64,000 nt of DNA from NCBI GenBank assembly GCA_036005065.1, contig DASYQW010000371.1, positions 13 to 64,012 of the forward strand, read 5' to 3'. This document shows positions 1 through 9,538 of this stretch, in pieces (the first letter of the stretch is position 1; the number at the start of each line of letters is the position of its first letter). The position numbers and the translations under genes were made by a program. The notes beneath the pieces are model-generated. The model saw only the letters and a list, made by a program, of their open reading frames with translations, had not been told where the DNA came from and made no database searches. Source of the DNA: Candidatus Methylomirabilota bacterium (GTDB lineage Bacteria > Methylomirabilota > Methylomirabilia > Rokubacteriales > DASRDR01).

Positions 1-2
1 GC

Positions 3-3000
3 CTTCAAGGGCTCACGCTGTTCGGCTTCAAGTCGTTCGCCGATCGAACCGACGTCAAGATTCTCCCCGGCATCACCGCCATCGTCGGCCCCAACGGCTG
101 CGGCAAGACCAACATCGCGGACGCGCTCCGGTGGGCCCTCGGTGAGCAGAGCCCGAAGGCGCTCCGCGGGCACCGGATGGAAGACGTGATCTTTCACGGC
201 TCCACCTCGCGCCGGCCGCTCGGGCTCGCCGAGGCGCTCCTCACCTTCTCGAACGATGGCGATGTCCCCGTGCCCTGGAGCGAGATCTCCGTCGGCCGGC
301 GCCTCTACCGCGACGGCGAGTCGGAGTACCTCCTCAACAAGACTGCCTGCCGGCTGAAGGACATCCACGACCTGTTCCTGGGGACGGGCGTCAATCCGAA
401 GGCGTACGCCCTGATGGAGCAGGAGCGGCTGGCTCACATCCTCACTGCACGTCCGCTCGATCGCCGCGTCTTCGTCGAAGAAGCCGCCGGAATCACCCGC
501 TACAAGCAGCAGCGCACGGAGACACTCCAGAAGATCGAGGCGACCCGCCAGAACCTCCTGCGCGTGCGCGACGTGATGGACGAGGTGAAGCGCCAGCTGA
601 CCTCGCTCGAGCGCCAGGCCAGAAAGGCGCGGCAGTACAAGGCGCTCCAGGGCGAGCGACGCGGGCTCGAGCTCGCGCTGCTGGCGGCCGAGCACGCCGC
701 GCTCCTCGGGGAGGAGGCGCGCCTCTCCACGGAGGAGCGGACGGCCACCGATCGCGCCGAGGCGCTCCGGGCGCGCGTCGCCGCCCTCACCGCGGAGCAA
801 GAGCTCCTGCGGGCCGACGCGATGGCGGCCGAGCACCGCGCCGCGGACCTGCGTCACGGCCGGGACCGGGCCGAGCTCGAGCTGACCACGTGTCTCGAGC
901 GGGCCACCGAGATCATGCGGCTCGAGCAGGAGCTGGAGGGCGATCTCCTCCGGCTCGGTGACGAAGCCGAGACGCTCGCGGCGCGGCTCCAGGCCCTCGA
1001 AGAGGAGCGGGCGGCCAAGCTCGCCCTGGCCGGAACTCTGCGGGACGAGTTCGCCCGCCTCCGCCAGCGCGCCCTGACCGAGGAGGCGGCGCTGGAGATC
1101 CTGCGGGGCCGCCTGCGGGAGGCGCGCGAGGAGGCCGAGCGGCTCCGTCGCGAGCAGGTCGTCCTCGCCGGACGCCGCACCGAGCTCGGGCAAATCCTCG
1201 GCGGCCTGGAAGAGCGGGGCGAGCAGCTCGGCCGCCGGCTCGAGCGGCTCACGGCCGAGCAGGGCCAGGCCGATCTGGAGCGCGGCCGGCTCCTCGACGA
1301 CCGGTCGGCGACCGACGCCCGGCTCGCCGAGGCGACCGCTCGCGCCGCCGCGCACCAGGCGACACTCGCGCGCCTGGCGGCCGCCCTGGAAGCCGCCCTC
1401 GGCGCGCGGGCGCGCGCCGTCGAGGAGGCCGACGAGTGCCGCGTCGCGCTGGCGGCTCGCCGCTCGAGCCTCGCGGCGCTCGAAGAGCTCGAAGCCCAGC
1501 GGGCCGGGTATGGACGCGGCGTCCAGGCGGTCTTCGCGGCCGCGCGGGAGGCGCGGCTCGAGGGCGTCGTCGGGACCGTGGCCGATCTGCTCGAGGTGCC
1601 GCGCGAGCTCGAGCGAGCGATGGAAGCCGCCCTCGGCGAACGCCTCCAGTGGGTCGTGGTGGAGACCTTCGCCGCTGCCAAGGACGCGCTCGCCTATCTG
1701 GGCCGCGGCGGCGGCCAGGCGACCTTCGTCCCGCTGGACTGGCTGAACGGCGGGCCCAAGGGGTATCTGCCGGTCGGGGAGGAAGTGATCGGGCCAGCCG
1801 GCTCGCTCGTGGGATCCGGCTACCCGAGGCTCGTCGAGAACCTGCTCGGGTCGGTCGTGGTCGTCCGCGACCTGGGGGCGGCCGAGCGGCTCTGGAGCCA
1901 GAACGGCAACGGGACGAGCTTCGTGACGATCGCCGGCGAGGTCCTGACGCCGCCCGGCGCCGTGGGCGGCGGACGGGCGGCCGGCGGGAGCGACGCCTCG
2001 CTCCTCGCGCGGAAGCGCGCCATCCGGGACCTCCAGGCGGGCGTGGCCGAAGCCGACACGGCGCTCGAGGCCGCCCTCGGCCGGGTCCGCGCGCGGGAGG
2101 CCGAGCTCACGGAGCTCGCCGTCCAGCAGAAGACGGCGGGCGCGGCGCGGGAAGGGGCCGAAGCCGACCGGCTCGGCGCCGCCAAGGATCTGGAGCGCCT
2201 CGACCAGGAAGCGCAGCGCACCGGCCTCTTTGCCGACACGCTCCGCACGGAAGCGGCGCAGCTCGCGGCCGAGGCGGCGGGCGTCGGAGTCGAGCTCGGG
2301 GCCCGGCGCGGCGAGCTGGCGGCCGTGGAGGTCGCCACCACCACCGCCGACGCCGGGCTCGCGCGGGTCCTGGCCGGCATCGAGTCGGATGCGACGGCCG
2401 AAGCCGCGCGGGCCCAGGCCTTCCTGGAAGCGCAGGTGGACCTGGCCGCGCTGGCCGGCCGTATCGACGCGACCGAGAGCGACGTCGAGCGCCTCCGCGG
2501 GGCCGAGGCCGATGTGCGCGAGCGAATGAGCGCCGGAGCGGCGCGGGGCATCGCCGTCCGGGAGCGGCTCGGGCTGACAGCGGCCGAGCGGGCCCGACTC
2601 GAGGAGCGGGCCGTCGCTCTCCGCCAGGAACGCGACGCGGCCCAAGCGGCGGCTCAAGTGGCGGCCGAGGCGCTCCAGGCCCTCACCGAGCGCCTCCGGG
2701 CCCTCGGTGAGGAGGTGCGCGGCAGCGAGAGCGAGCTCGGCCGGCTGACGCACAGCCTGCGGGAGCTGTCCGTGCGGGCCGCCGAGGCGCGCGTCCGCCG
2801 GGAGGACCTCGAGACCGACGCGCGCCGGCAGTTCGAGGTGACGCCCGAAGCGCTACGCCAGACGCACGACCCGGCGCGCGACATGGAGGCGATGCGGACG
2901 CGGGTGGAGGAGCTGGGGACGAAGATCGCGGCCCTCGAGCCGGTCAACCTGATCGCGGACGAGGAGTACCGCGAGCTCGACGAGCGTCTCGGCTTCCTCC

Positions 3001-3536
3001 GCGCCCAGCACGACGACCTCACCGCGTCCGTGAAGGACCTGGAGCGGGCGCTCCGCGGCATGACGCGGACCGCGCAGGAGCGCTTCGTCCGGGCGTTCGA
3101 GGCGATCAACCGCAACTTCCAGGAGCTGTTCGCCCGGCTCTTCGAGGGTGGCCATGCCGAGCTGCGCCTGGTCGAGGCGCCGGAGGGCGGCGACCCGCTC
3201 GAATCGGGGATCGAGATGGTCGCCCAGCCCCGGGGCAAGCGGCTTCAGGCGATCTCCCTGCTCTCCGGCGGCGAGAAGGCGCTGACGGGACTCGCGCTGC
3301 TCTTCGCGATCTTCTACTACCGGCCGAGCCCGTTCTGTCTCCTCGACGAGGTGGACGCGCCCCTCGACGACGCCAACATCCATCGCTTCACCCGGGTCCT
3401 CCGCGAGCTCAGCGGCCAGACGCAGTTCATCGTCATCACGCACAACCGGAAGACGATGGAGGCGGCGGACGTGCTCTACGGGGTCACCATGGAGGAGCCG
3501 GGGCTCTCGCGCATCGTCTCCGTCAACCTGACCTAG
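3..3536 (+). CDS. smc: Chromosome segregation ATPase SMC, 5'-partial (N-terminus continues upstream of the window)
   Basis: The frame is open from nt 3. The Walker A motif GPNGCGKTN is at nt ~80-110. There are long coiled-coil Ala/Glu/Arg/Leu-rich arms, and the C-terminal LSGGEKAL...DEVDAPLD signature and Walker B. The ORF track lists 177..3536 from an internal Met only. Confidence 0.9.
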   Translation, partial: LQGLTLFGFKSFADRTDVKILPGITAIVGPNGCGKTNIADALRWALGEQSPKALRGHRMEDVIFHGSTSRRPLGLAEALLTFSNDGDVPVPWSEISVGRRLYRDGESEYLLNKTACRLKDIHDLFLGTGVNPKAYALMEQERLAHILTARPLDRRVFVEEAAGITRYKQQRTETLQKIEATRQNLLRVRDVMDEVKRQLTSLERQARKARQYKALQGERRGLELALLAAEHAALLGEEARLSTEERTATDRAEALRARVAALTAEQELLRADAMAAEHRAADLRHGRDRAELELTTCLERATEIMRLEQELEGDLLRLGDEAETLAARLQALEEERAAKLALAGTLRDEFARLRQRALTEEAALEILRGRLREAREEAERLRREQVVLAGRRTELGQILGGLEERGEQLGRRLERLTAEQGQADLERGRLLDDRSATDARLAEATARAAAHQATLARLAAALEAALGARARAVEEADECRVALAARRSSLAALEELEAQRAGYGRGVQAVFAAAREARLEGVVGTVADLLEVPRELERAMEAALGERLQWVVVETFAAAKDALAYLGRGGGQATFVPLDWLNGGPKGYLPVGEEVIGPAGSLVGSGYPRLVENLLGSVVVVRDLGAAERLWSQNGNGTSFVTIAGEVLTPPGAVGGGRAAGGSDASLLARKRAIRDLQAGVAEADTALEAALGRVRAREAELTELAVQQKTAGAAREGAEADRLGAAKDLERLDQEAQRTGLFADTLRTEAAQLAAEAAGVGVELGARRGELAAVEVATTTADAGLARVLAGIESDATAEAARAQAFLEAQVDLAALAGRIDATESDVERLRGAEADVRERMSAGAARGIAVRERLGLTAAERARLEERAVALRQERDAAQAAAQVAAEALQALTERLRALGEEVRGSESELGRLTHSLRELSVRAAEARVRREDLETDARRQFEVTPEALRQTHDPARDMEAMRTRVEELGTKIAALEPVNLIADEEYRELDERLGFLRAQHDDLTASVKDLERALRGMTRTAQERFVRAFEAINRNFQELFARLFEGGHAELRLVEAPEGGDPLESGIEMVAQPRGKRLQAISLLSGGEKALTGLALLFAIFYYRPSPFCLLDEVDAPLDDANIHRFTRVLRELSGQTQFIVITHNRKTMEAADVLYGVTMEEPGLSRIVSVNLT

Positions 3537-3679
3537 GCGGGGTCAATTATCTTCGCGTAGCTTCGTCCCCGGTCGTCGGCCTCGCGGGAGCCCCGGGGCG
3601 AGCCGGGGCCGGGCTCAAACCCCTGTGTTAGACTACGATTTGCCATGCAGGCGGCGGGGGTCGGTACATTTCTGCGCGG

Positions 3680-4624
3680 GTGCCGGGAGGCGCGGGGACT
3701 CTGCCCGTGAAGTTCTTCTCGGCCCTGACCGAGCGCGTTCGCGAGAGTCTCAACAAGACCCGCGAGGCGTTCCAGGAAGGATTCGACCGGGTCTTCAAGG
3801 GGGAGGAGCTGACGCCGGCCACCCTGGAGGAGCTGGAAGAGCTCCTGCTCCAGGCCGACCTCGGCGTGGAGACCACGGAGGCCTTCATCGAAGCCGTGCG
3901 GGACCAGGCCCGGCGCGGGCGCCTCACCGATGGCGACGTGCGGGAGAGCCTGGCGGCTCACCTCCGGGACGCGCTCAAGGGTGCCGCCGCCCCCCTCGCC
4001 CTCGACACGCGGCCGGCCGTCCTGCTCGTCCTCGGCGTGAACGGCTCCGGCAAGACGACCACCTGCGGCAAGCTCGCCTGGGCACTCAAGCGTGATGGGA
4101 GCCAGGTCCTGCTCGCCGCCGCCGACACGTTCCGGGCGGCGGCGATCGAGCAGCTCGAGCGCTGGGGGGACCGGGTGGGCGCGCCGGTCGTGAAGCAGGG
4201 ACCGGGGGCGGACCCCTCGGCGGTCGCCTTCGACGCCGTGAAGGCCGCCCAGGCCCGCCAGGCCGACGCCCTCATCGTCGACACCGCCGGGCGGCTCCAC
4301 ACCAAGACGAACCTCATGGCCGAGCTCCAGAAGGTCAAGCGTGTCATCGGCCGGCAGCTTCCCGGGGCGCCGCACGAGACCCTCCTGGTCCTCGACGCGA
4401 CGACCGGTCAGAACGGGATCGCCCAGGCCCGGCTCTTCCACGAGGCGCTCACGCTGACCGGGCTCATCCTCACCAAGCTCGACGGGACGGCCAAGGGCGG
4501 CATCGTGGTCCGAATCGCCCGCGAGCTCGGCCTCCCCATCAAGCTGGTGGCCACCGGGGAACGCCCCGAGGACCTCGCGGTCTTCGACCCCGAGACCTTC
4601 GTGGCGGCCCTGGTCTCGGCCTGA
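3680..4624 (+). CDS. ftsY: Signal recognition particle receptor FtsY
   Basis: GTPase motifs GVNGSGKTTTCGKLA and DTAGR; C-terminal NG domain. The start is GTG at 3680; an alternative GTG lies at 3707. Confidence 0.9.
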   Translation: MPGGAGTLPVKFFSALTERVRESLNKTREAFQEGFDRVFKGEELTPATLEELEELLLQADLGVETTEAFIEAVRDQARRGRLTDGDVRESLAAHLRDALKGAAAPLALDTRPAVLLVLGVNGSGKTTTCGKLAWALKRDGSQVLLAAADTFRAAAIEQLERWGDRVGAPVVKQGPGADPSAVAFDAVKAAQARQADALIVDTAGRLHTKTNLMAELQKVKRVIGRQLPGAPHETLLVLDATTGQNGIAQARLFHEALTLTGLILTKLDGTAKGGIVVRIARELGLPIKLVATGERPEDLAVFDPETFVAALVSA

Positions 4625-4625
4625 C

Positions 4626-5720
4626 ATGGACGACGCCGGCTGGATGGCGCGCGCGCTGAGCCTGGCCGAGCGGGGGCTCGGGCTCACGTCGCCGAACCCG
4701 GCGGTCGGCGCCGTCCTGGTGCGAGACGGCACGGTGGTCGGCGAGGGCTGGCACCGCGCGGCCGGCGGGCCGCACGCCGAGGCGGCGGCGCTCGTCGCCG
4801 CCGGCGAGGCCGCTCGCGGGGCTACCTGTTACGTGACGCTCGAGCCGTGCGCGCACCACGGGCGCACGCCGCCGTGTGCGGACGCCCTCATCGAAGCCGG
4901 CGTCATCCGGGTGGTGGCGGCTTGCCTGGACCCCAATCCCCTCGTCGATGGACGCGGCCTGGCGCGCCTCCAGGCGGCCGGCATCGAGGTCGCGATCGGG
5001 GTGGGGGAGCCAGAGGCCCGCGCGCTCAACCGGGCGTTCTTCACGTTCGTGACGGCGGGCCGGCCCCACGTGACGCTGAAGTCGGCCATGACGCTCGACG
5101 GGAAGATCGCCGCCTGGGACGGGGCCTCCCGGTGGATCACGGGAGACGCCGCGCGCGAGGAGGCTCATCGGCTCCGCTTCCGGGCCGACGCCATCCTGGT
5201 CGGCATCGGGACGGTGCTGCGCGACGACCCCGAGCTGACGGTCCGTCTTCCCGGGGCGCCGGCCAAGGAGCCGTACCGCGTCGTGGCCGACAGCCGACTC
5301 CGGACGCCGGCCGATGCCCGCGTTCTCCGCGCCGGGGACCCGTCCCGGACGATTGTCGCGTGCGGCGCGCCGGCCCCGACGGCTCGCGCCGCGGGTCTGC
5401 GCGCCACCGGGGCGCGCGTCCTCGAGCTTCCCCGGGACGGCCGGCGCGTGGACCTCGGGGCGCTCCTCCGCGCGCTCGGGGAGCTCGGCGTCGTCTCAGT
5501 CCTGGCCGAGGGCGGGGCGGAGCTGGGAGCCGGCCTCTGCGAGGCGGGACTCGTCGATCGCGTGGCGTTCTTCGTCGCCCCCCGGCTCCTGGGGGGCCGG
5601 ACGGCGCCCGGGCCGGTGGGCGGAGCCGGACGAGCCCTCAAGGAATCGGTAACCCTCGCGGGTGTAACATATCGGCGGATCGGCGAAGATCTCCTGATCG
5701 AGGCCGACGTGGCGCGCTGA
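4626..5720 (+). CDS. ribD: Bifunctional riboflavin biosynthesis deaminase/reductase RibD
   Basis: Cytidine-deaminase-like zinc motif (HAE...CYVTLEPCAHHGRTPPC) followed by the RibD C-terminal reductase domain. Confidence 0.9.
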   Translation: MDDAGWMARALSLAERGLGLTSPNPAVGAVLVRDGTVVGEGWHRAAGGPHAEAAALVAAGEAARGATCYVTLEPCAHHGRTPPCADALIEAGVIRVVAACLDPNPLVDGRGLARLQAAGIEVAIGVGEPEARALNRAFFTFVTAGRPHVTLKSAMTLDGKIAAWDGASRWITGDAAREEAHRLRFRADAILVGIGTVLRDDPELTVRLPGAPAKEPYRVVADSRLRTPADARVLRAGDPSRTIVACGAPAPTARAAGLRATGARVLELPRDGRRVDLGALLRALGELGVVSVLAEGGAELGAGLCEAGLVDRVAFFVAPRLLGGRTAPGPVGGAGRALKESVTLAGVTYRRIGEDLLIEADVAR

Positions 5721-5730
5721 TGGTGAGCTG

Positions 5731-6381
5731 ATGTTCACGGGACTCGTCGAGGCGCTCGGCTCGGTGGAAGAGCTCGCCCGAGACGCCGCGGGCTGGCAGC
5801 TCACCCTCCGGGCCCCGGCCGACTTCGCCCGCCAGGCCACGCTCGGTGAGAGCGTCGCGGTCAACGGGGTGTGCCTGACGGTGGTCGGCACCGAGGCGGC
5901 CGCCTTCCAGTTCGACCTGGCCGACGAGACGCTCCGGGTCACCGCGCTCGGTGACCTTCGCCGCGACGACCCGGTGAACCTCGAGCGCCCCCTCCGCCTG
6001 GGGACCCGGCTCGGCGGCCACCTCGTCCTGGGCCACGTCGACGGGGTCGGGCGGGTCAGCGCCGTCGAGCCGGAGGGCGCCGGGCGCCGCCTCACGGTCG
6101 AGATGCCGCCCGCGCTGCAGCCGCTCCTGATCCCGAAGGGATCGGTGGCGGTGGACGGGGTGAGCCTGACGGTGGCGAGCCTCCACGGGACAGGATTCAG
6201 CGTCGCCCTCATTCCCCACACGCTCGCGGTGACGACGCTCGGCCGGCGCGGGGTCGGGGCTCGGGTCAATCTCGAGATGGACGTGATCGGCAAGTACGTG
6301 CGGGCGCTCCTCCCCGGCGGGGAGCCGGCCCGCGAGTTCCTGGAACAGCACGGGCTCGTGGCCCGGGCACGGGAGGAGTGA
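5731..6381 (+). CDS. ribE: Riboflavin synthase alpha subunit
   Basis: N-terminal MFTGLVE; duplicated lumazine-binding domains; 216 aa. Confidence 0.85.
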   Translation: MFTGLVEALGSVEELARDAAGWQLTLRAPADFARQATLGESVAVNGVCLTVVGTEAAAFQFDLADETLRVTALGDLRRDDPVNLERPLRLGTRLGGHLVLGHVDGVGRVSAVEPEGAGRRLTVEMPPALQPLLIPKGSVAVDGVSLTVASLHGTGFSVALIPHTLAVTTLGRRGVGARVNLEMDVIGKYVRALLPGGEPAREFLEQHGLVARAREE

Positions 6382-6382
6382 G

Positions 6383-7621
6383 ATGGGCCGCGCATACGAC
6401 ACGCACGACGACGATCGGCCGTTCGCCTCCATCGAGGCGGCCATCGAGGACATCCGGCAAGGCCGGATGCTCATCGTGGTCGACGACGAGGACCGCGAGA
6501 ACGAGGGCGACTTCGTCATGGCGGCCGATCGGGTGACCCCGGAGGCCGTGAACTTCATGGCGACCCACGGCCGGGGCATCATCTGCGTGCCGCTGACCGG
6601 CGAGCGGCTGGACACGCTCCGGATCGGCATGATGGTGAGTGAGAACACCGCGGCCATGGGCACCGCCTTCACGGTGACGGTCGACGCCAAGCGCGGCGTC
6701 ACCACCGGCACCTCCGCCTACGACCGGGCGCTCACGGTCCGGGCGCTGGTCGATCCCGGCACCCAGCCGGAGGACCTGGCTCGCCCCGGGCACATCTTCC
6801 CGCTCCGCTCGATGCCAGGCGGGGTGCTGCGGCGGGCCGGACACACGGAGGCGTCAGTGGATCTGGCCCGGCTCGCCGGCTGTTTCCCCGCCGGCCTCAT
6901 CTGCGAGGTGATGAACGCGGAAGGGCGGATGGCGCGCCTGCCCGAGCTCCTCGCGCTCGGCGAGGAGCGCGGGGTTCGGATCATCACCATCAAGGACCTG
7001 ATCCATTACCGGATCCAGAAGGACAAGCTGGTCCGCCGGGCGGCCACGACGGTCCTGCCCACCCCGTACGGGACCTTCACGGCCATCGCGTACGAGACGA
7101 CGGTGGACGACCGCGTGGTGCCGGCCCTGGTGATGGGCGAGATCCGCGGTGAGGAGCCGCTCCTGGTCCGGGTCCACTCGGAGTGCCTGACCGGCGACGT
7201 GTTCCAGTCGCAGCGGTGTGACTGCGGCGACCAGCTGCGCAAGGCCCTCACCATCATCGCCTCCGAGGGCCGGGGCGCACTGATCTACATGCGCCAGGAG
7301 GGACGGGGCATCGGTCTCCTGAACAAGGTGCGCGCCTACGAGCTCCAGGATCAGGGCAAGGACACCGTCGAGGCCAACGAGGCGTTGGGCTTCAAGGCGG
7401 ACCTGCGCGACTACGGCATCGGGGCGCAGATCCTCGTCGATCTCGGTGTCCGCTCGATGCGGCTCCTGACGAACAACCCGAAGAAGATCGTGGGACTCGA
7501 GGGCTACGGGCTCACGGTGGCCGAGCGGGTGCCGATCGAGATCCCGCCGTCCGACCAGAATCGCTTTTACCTGAAGACCAAGCAGGACAAGCTGGGCCAT
7601 ATGTTCTCCTGGATGCCGTGA
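6383..7621 (+). CDS. ribBA: Bifunctional 3,4-dihydroxy-2-butanone-4-phosphate synthase / GTP cyclohydrolase II
   Basis: The DHBP synthase N-terminal half and the GTP cyclohydrolase II C-terminal half (CxCGDQ... zinc motif, [10 protein letters not shown]) are both present. Confidence 0.9.
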   Translation: MGRAYDTHDDDRPFASIEAAIEDIRQGRMLIVVDDEDRENEGDFVMAADRVTPEAVNFMATHGRGIICVPLTGERLDTLRIGMMVSENTAAMGTAFTVTVDAKRGVTTGTSAYDRALTVRALVDPGTQPEDLARPGHIFPLRSMPGGVLRRAGHTEASVDLARLAGCFPAGLICEVMNAEGRMARLPELLALGEERGVRIITIKDLIHYRIQKDKLVRRAATTVLPTPYGTFTAIAYETTVDDRVVPALVMGEIRGEEPLLVRVHSECLTGDVFQSQRCDCGDQLRKALTIIASEGRGALIYMRQEGRGIGLLNKVRAYELQDQGKDTVEANEALGFKADLRDYGIGAQILVDLGVRSMRLLTNNPKKIVGLEGYGLTVAERVPIEIPPSDQNRFYLKTKQDKLGHMFSWMP

Positions 7622-7676
7622 GCCAGCCCGGGCCCTGCCCCGGACCCGATCGAGTGGCTGGTCCGAGAGTGCTGCG

Positions 7677-8183
7677 GTGAGTGGAAGGGCGCCGGAGCAC
7701 CGCGGCCGGCCGGCGGCCCGAGGCCGCCGATTCGCGATCGTCGCCTCGCGGTTCCACGAGGAGATCGGCAAGCGTCTCGTGGAAGGGGCCCGGGACGCCC
7801 TCCGGCGGCACGGCGCCGCCGAGAAGGACGTGAGCGTGTTCTGGGTGCCGGGCGCGTTCGAGGTCCCGCAGGTGGCCCTCATGCTGGCCCGCCGGGGCCG
7901 AGTCGACGCCGTGGTCTGCGTCGGGTGCGTCATCCGCGGCGAGACCCCGCACTTCGAGTATGTCGCGGGCGAGGCGGCCCGGGGGATCGCCGAGGTGAGC
8001 CGGCTGACCGGTGTCCCGGCCACGTTCGGGGTCATCACGGCCGAGAACCAGGAGCAGGCGCAGGACCGGGCCGGGGGGCGGGTCGGGAACCGGGGCGAGG
8101 AGGCTGCCGTGGCCGCCGTCGAGCTGGTGGAGCTCCGGCGCCTGCTGGAGCCTCGACGGCCTCGGCGCCGCGCGCGAAGGTAG
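7677..8183 (+). CDS. ribH: 6,7-dimethyl-8-ribityllumazine synthase
   Basis: FAIVASRFHEEI...GAFEVP... lumazine synthase fold. The start may be an alternative codon slightly downstream of 7677. Confidence 0.85.
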   Translation: MSGRAPEHRGRPAARGRRFAIVASRFHEEIGKRLVEGARDALRRHGAAEKDVSVFWVPGAFEVPQVALMLARRGRVDAVVCVGCVIRGETPHFEYVAGEAARGIAEVSRLTGVPATFGVITAENQEQAQDRAGGRVGNRGEEAAVAAVELVELRRLLEPRRPRRRARR

Positions 8184-8247
8184 CCGGGAAGCTGTCGGAT
8201 CGACCGCGCGCACCGTGACGCCGAACCTCTCCGCTTATGGTGGTCCG

Positions 8248-8323
8248 CTCCGAGCGGCGGCTTTGCCGCCGCCACCGGTCCTGGGGGAAGTCTCGGAGGG
8301 GGCCGTTGAGGCCCCCTCCGAAG
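8248..8323 (+). repeat. Intergenic two-hairpin repeat, family A copy 1 (ribH-nusB spacer)
   Basis: CTCCGAGCGGCGGCTTTGCCGCCGCCACC...TCGGAGGGGGCCGTTGAGGCCCCCTCCGA. The 8-bp stem GCGGCGGC/GCCGCCGC and the 12-bp stem TCGGAGGGGGCC/GGCCCCCTCCGA recur at 26370, 35092 and 41378 (the last inverted). Confidence 0.75.
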
Positions 8324-8333
8324 AAGAGTAGAT

Positions 8334-8744
8334 ATGGGTCGCCGTCGGAAGGCGCGTGAGCTGGCACTCCAGCTTCTCTACGAGCTCGAGCTGCGAGGCG
8401 ACAGCGACCTGGACGCAACGGCCGACGAGTTCTGGCGCCGGCAGGCGGTGCCGGACGCCATCCGCAGCTTCGCGGACACGATCGTCCGGGGGACGCGCGC
8501 CAATCAGCCCAAGATCGACGAGCTGATCGGTCGGTTCGCCGAGCACTGGGACCTGGATCGGATGGCGGTGGTGGACCGGAACATCCTGCGGGCCGGCATC
8601 TTCGAGCTCCTCTGGGGGGGCGAGGTGCCTCCCAAGGTCGCCATCAACGAGGCCCTGGACATCGCTCGGAAGTTCTCGACCGAGGAGTCGACCCGCTTCA
8701 TCAACGGTGTGCTCGACCGCGTGCGCCGGGAGCTTTCTCCGTAA
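8334..8744 (+). CDS. nusB: Transcription antitermination factor NusB
   Basis: 136 aa; NusB family (ELALQLLYELE...AINEALDIARKF); conserved position downstream of ribH. Confidence 0.85.
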   Translation: MGRRRKARELALQLLYELELRGDSDLDATADEFWRRQAVPDAIRSFADTIVRGTRANQPKIDELIGRFAEHWDLDRMAVVDRNILRAGIFELLWGGEVPPKVAINEALDIARKFSTEESTRFINGVLDRVRRELSP

Positions 8745-8794
8745 GGTACGCGATCCTCTCGGACATCCACGGCAACGAGCCCGCCCTCCAGGCG

Positions 8795-9472
8795 GTGCTC
8801 GCCGACCTCGACGGTCTCGGCGTCGACGGCGTCTTCTGCCTCGGGGACCTCGTGGGCTACGGCGCCGATCCCGGCTCGGTGGTCGAGATGCTCCGGGCGC
8901 GGGGGGCCCGCAGTGTCGCCGGCAACCACGACTATGCCGCCGCCGGCCGCCTCGCGCTGGACTGGTTCAACCCTCACGCGCGGGCGGCGGCTGAGTGGAC
9001 GGCCGAGCAGCTGACCGCCGACCAGGGCGTCTACCTGGCGGCGCTCCCGCTGGTGGCCGAGCATGCTGGAGCGACATTGGTCCACGCCTCGCCCCGGGCC
9101 CCCGAGAGCTGGCCCTACATCGTCGGCCCGGGAGACGGGGCAGAGGCCTTCACGGCCTTCACGACGCCTCTCTGCTTCATCGGGCACTCCCACCTGCCGT
9201 CGGCCTGGACCCTGGGCGCGGACGGGAGGGTGGCCTTCCGGCCCGGCTCCGGCCGGACGGTCCTCCAGCCGGGGGCGCAATACCTGATCAACGTGGGCAG
9301 CGTGGGCCAGCCGCGCGATGGGGACCCGTGGGCGGCCTACGCGGTCTGGGACCTGGAGGCCGGGGTGGTCGAGGGCCGGCGCATCGCCTACGACGCCCTC
9401 GAGGCGCGCCGTCGGATCCACGCCGCCGGGTTGCCCCGGATCCTCGGCGACCGCCTCCTCCGGGGACGGTAG
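8795..9472 (+). CDS. Calcineurin-like metallophosphoesterase. The true start is probably upstream of 8795 at a non-canonical codon.
   Basis: Motifs GDLVGYG and GNHD lie inside the ORF. Metal-binding motif I (ILSDIHGN, nt 8753-8776) is in the same frame but upstream of the first canonical start codon, which is GTG at 8795. The frame is open back to 8360 with no ATG/GTG/TTG. Confidence 0.6.
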   Translation: MLADLDGLGVDGVFCLGDLVGYGADPGSVVEMLRARGARSVAGNHDYAAAGRLALDWFNPHARAAAEWTAEQLTADQGVYLAALPLVAEHAGATLVHASPRAPESWPYIVGPGDGAEAFTAFTTPLCFIGHSHLPSAWTLGADGRVAFRPGSGRTVLQPGAQYLINVGSVGQPRDGDPWAAYAVWDLEAGVVEGRRIAYDALEARRRIHAAGLPRILGDRLLRGR

Positions 9473-9538
9473 GCGTGCGTTCGAGAAGGCGACGGCCTGG
9501 ACCGACCGTGCGATGAGGCTCCCTCCGAAGCGTGAGCC

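Noticed and set aside
3537-4626. FMN riboswitch expected upstream of the rib operon
   Set aside because: ribD starts 2 nt after the ftsY stop, so there is no leader. The 143-bp smc-ftsY spacer shows no FMN-aptamer consensus blocks. It contains only a CCCCGG/CCGGGG hairpin without a U-tract.
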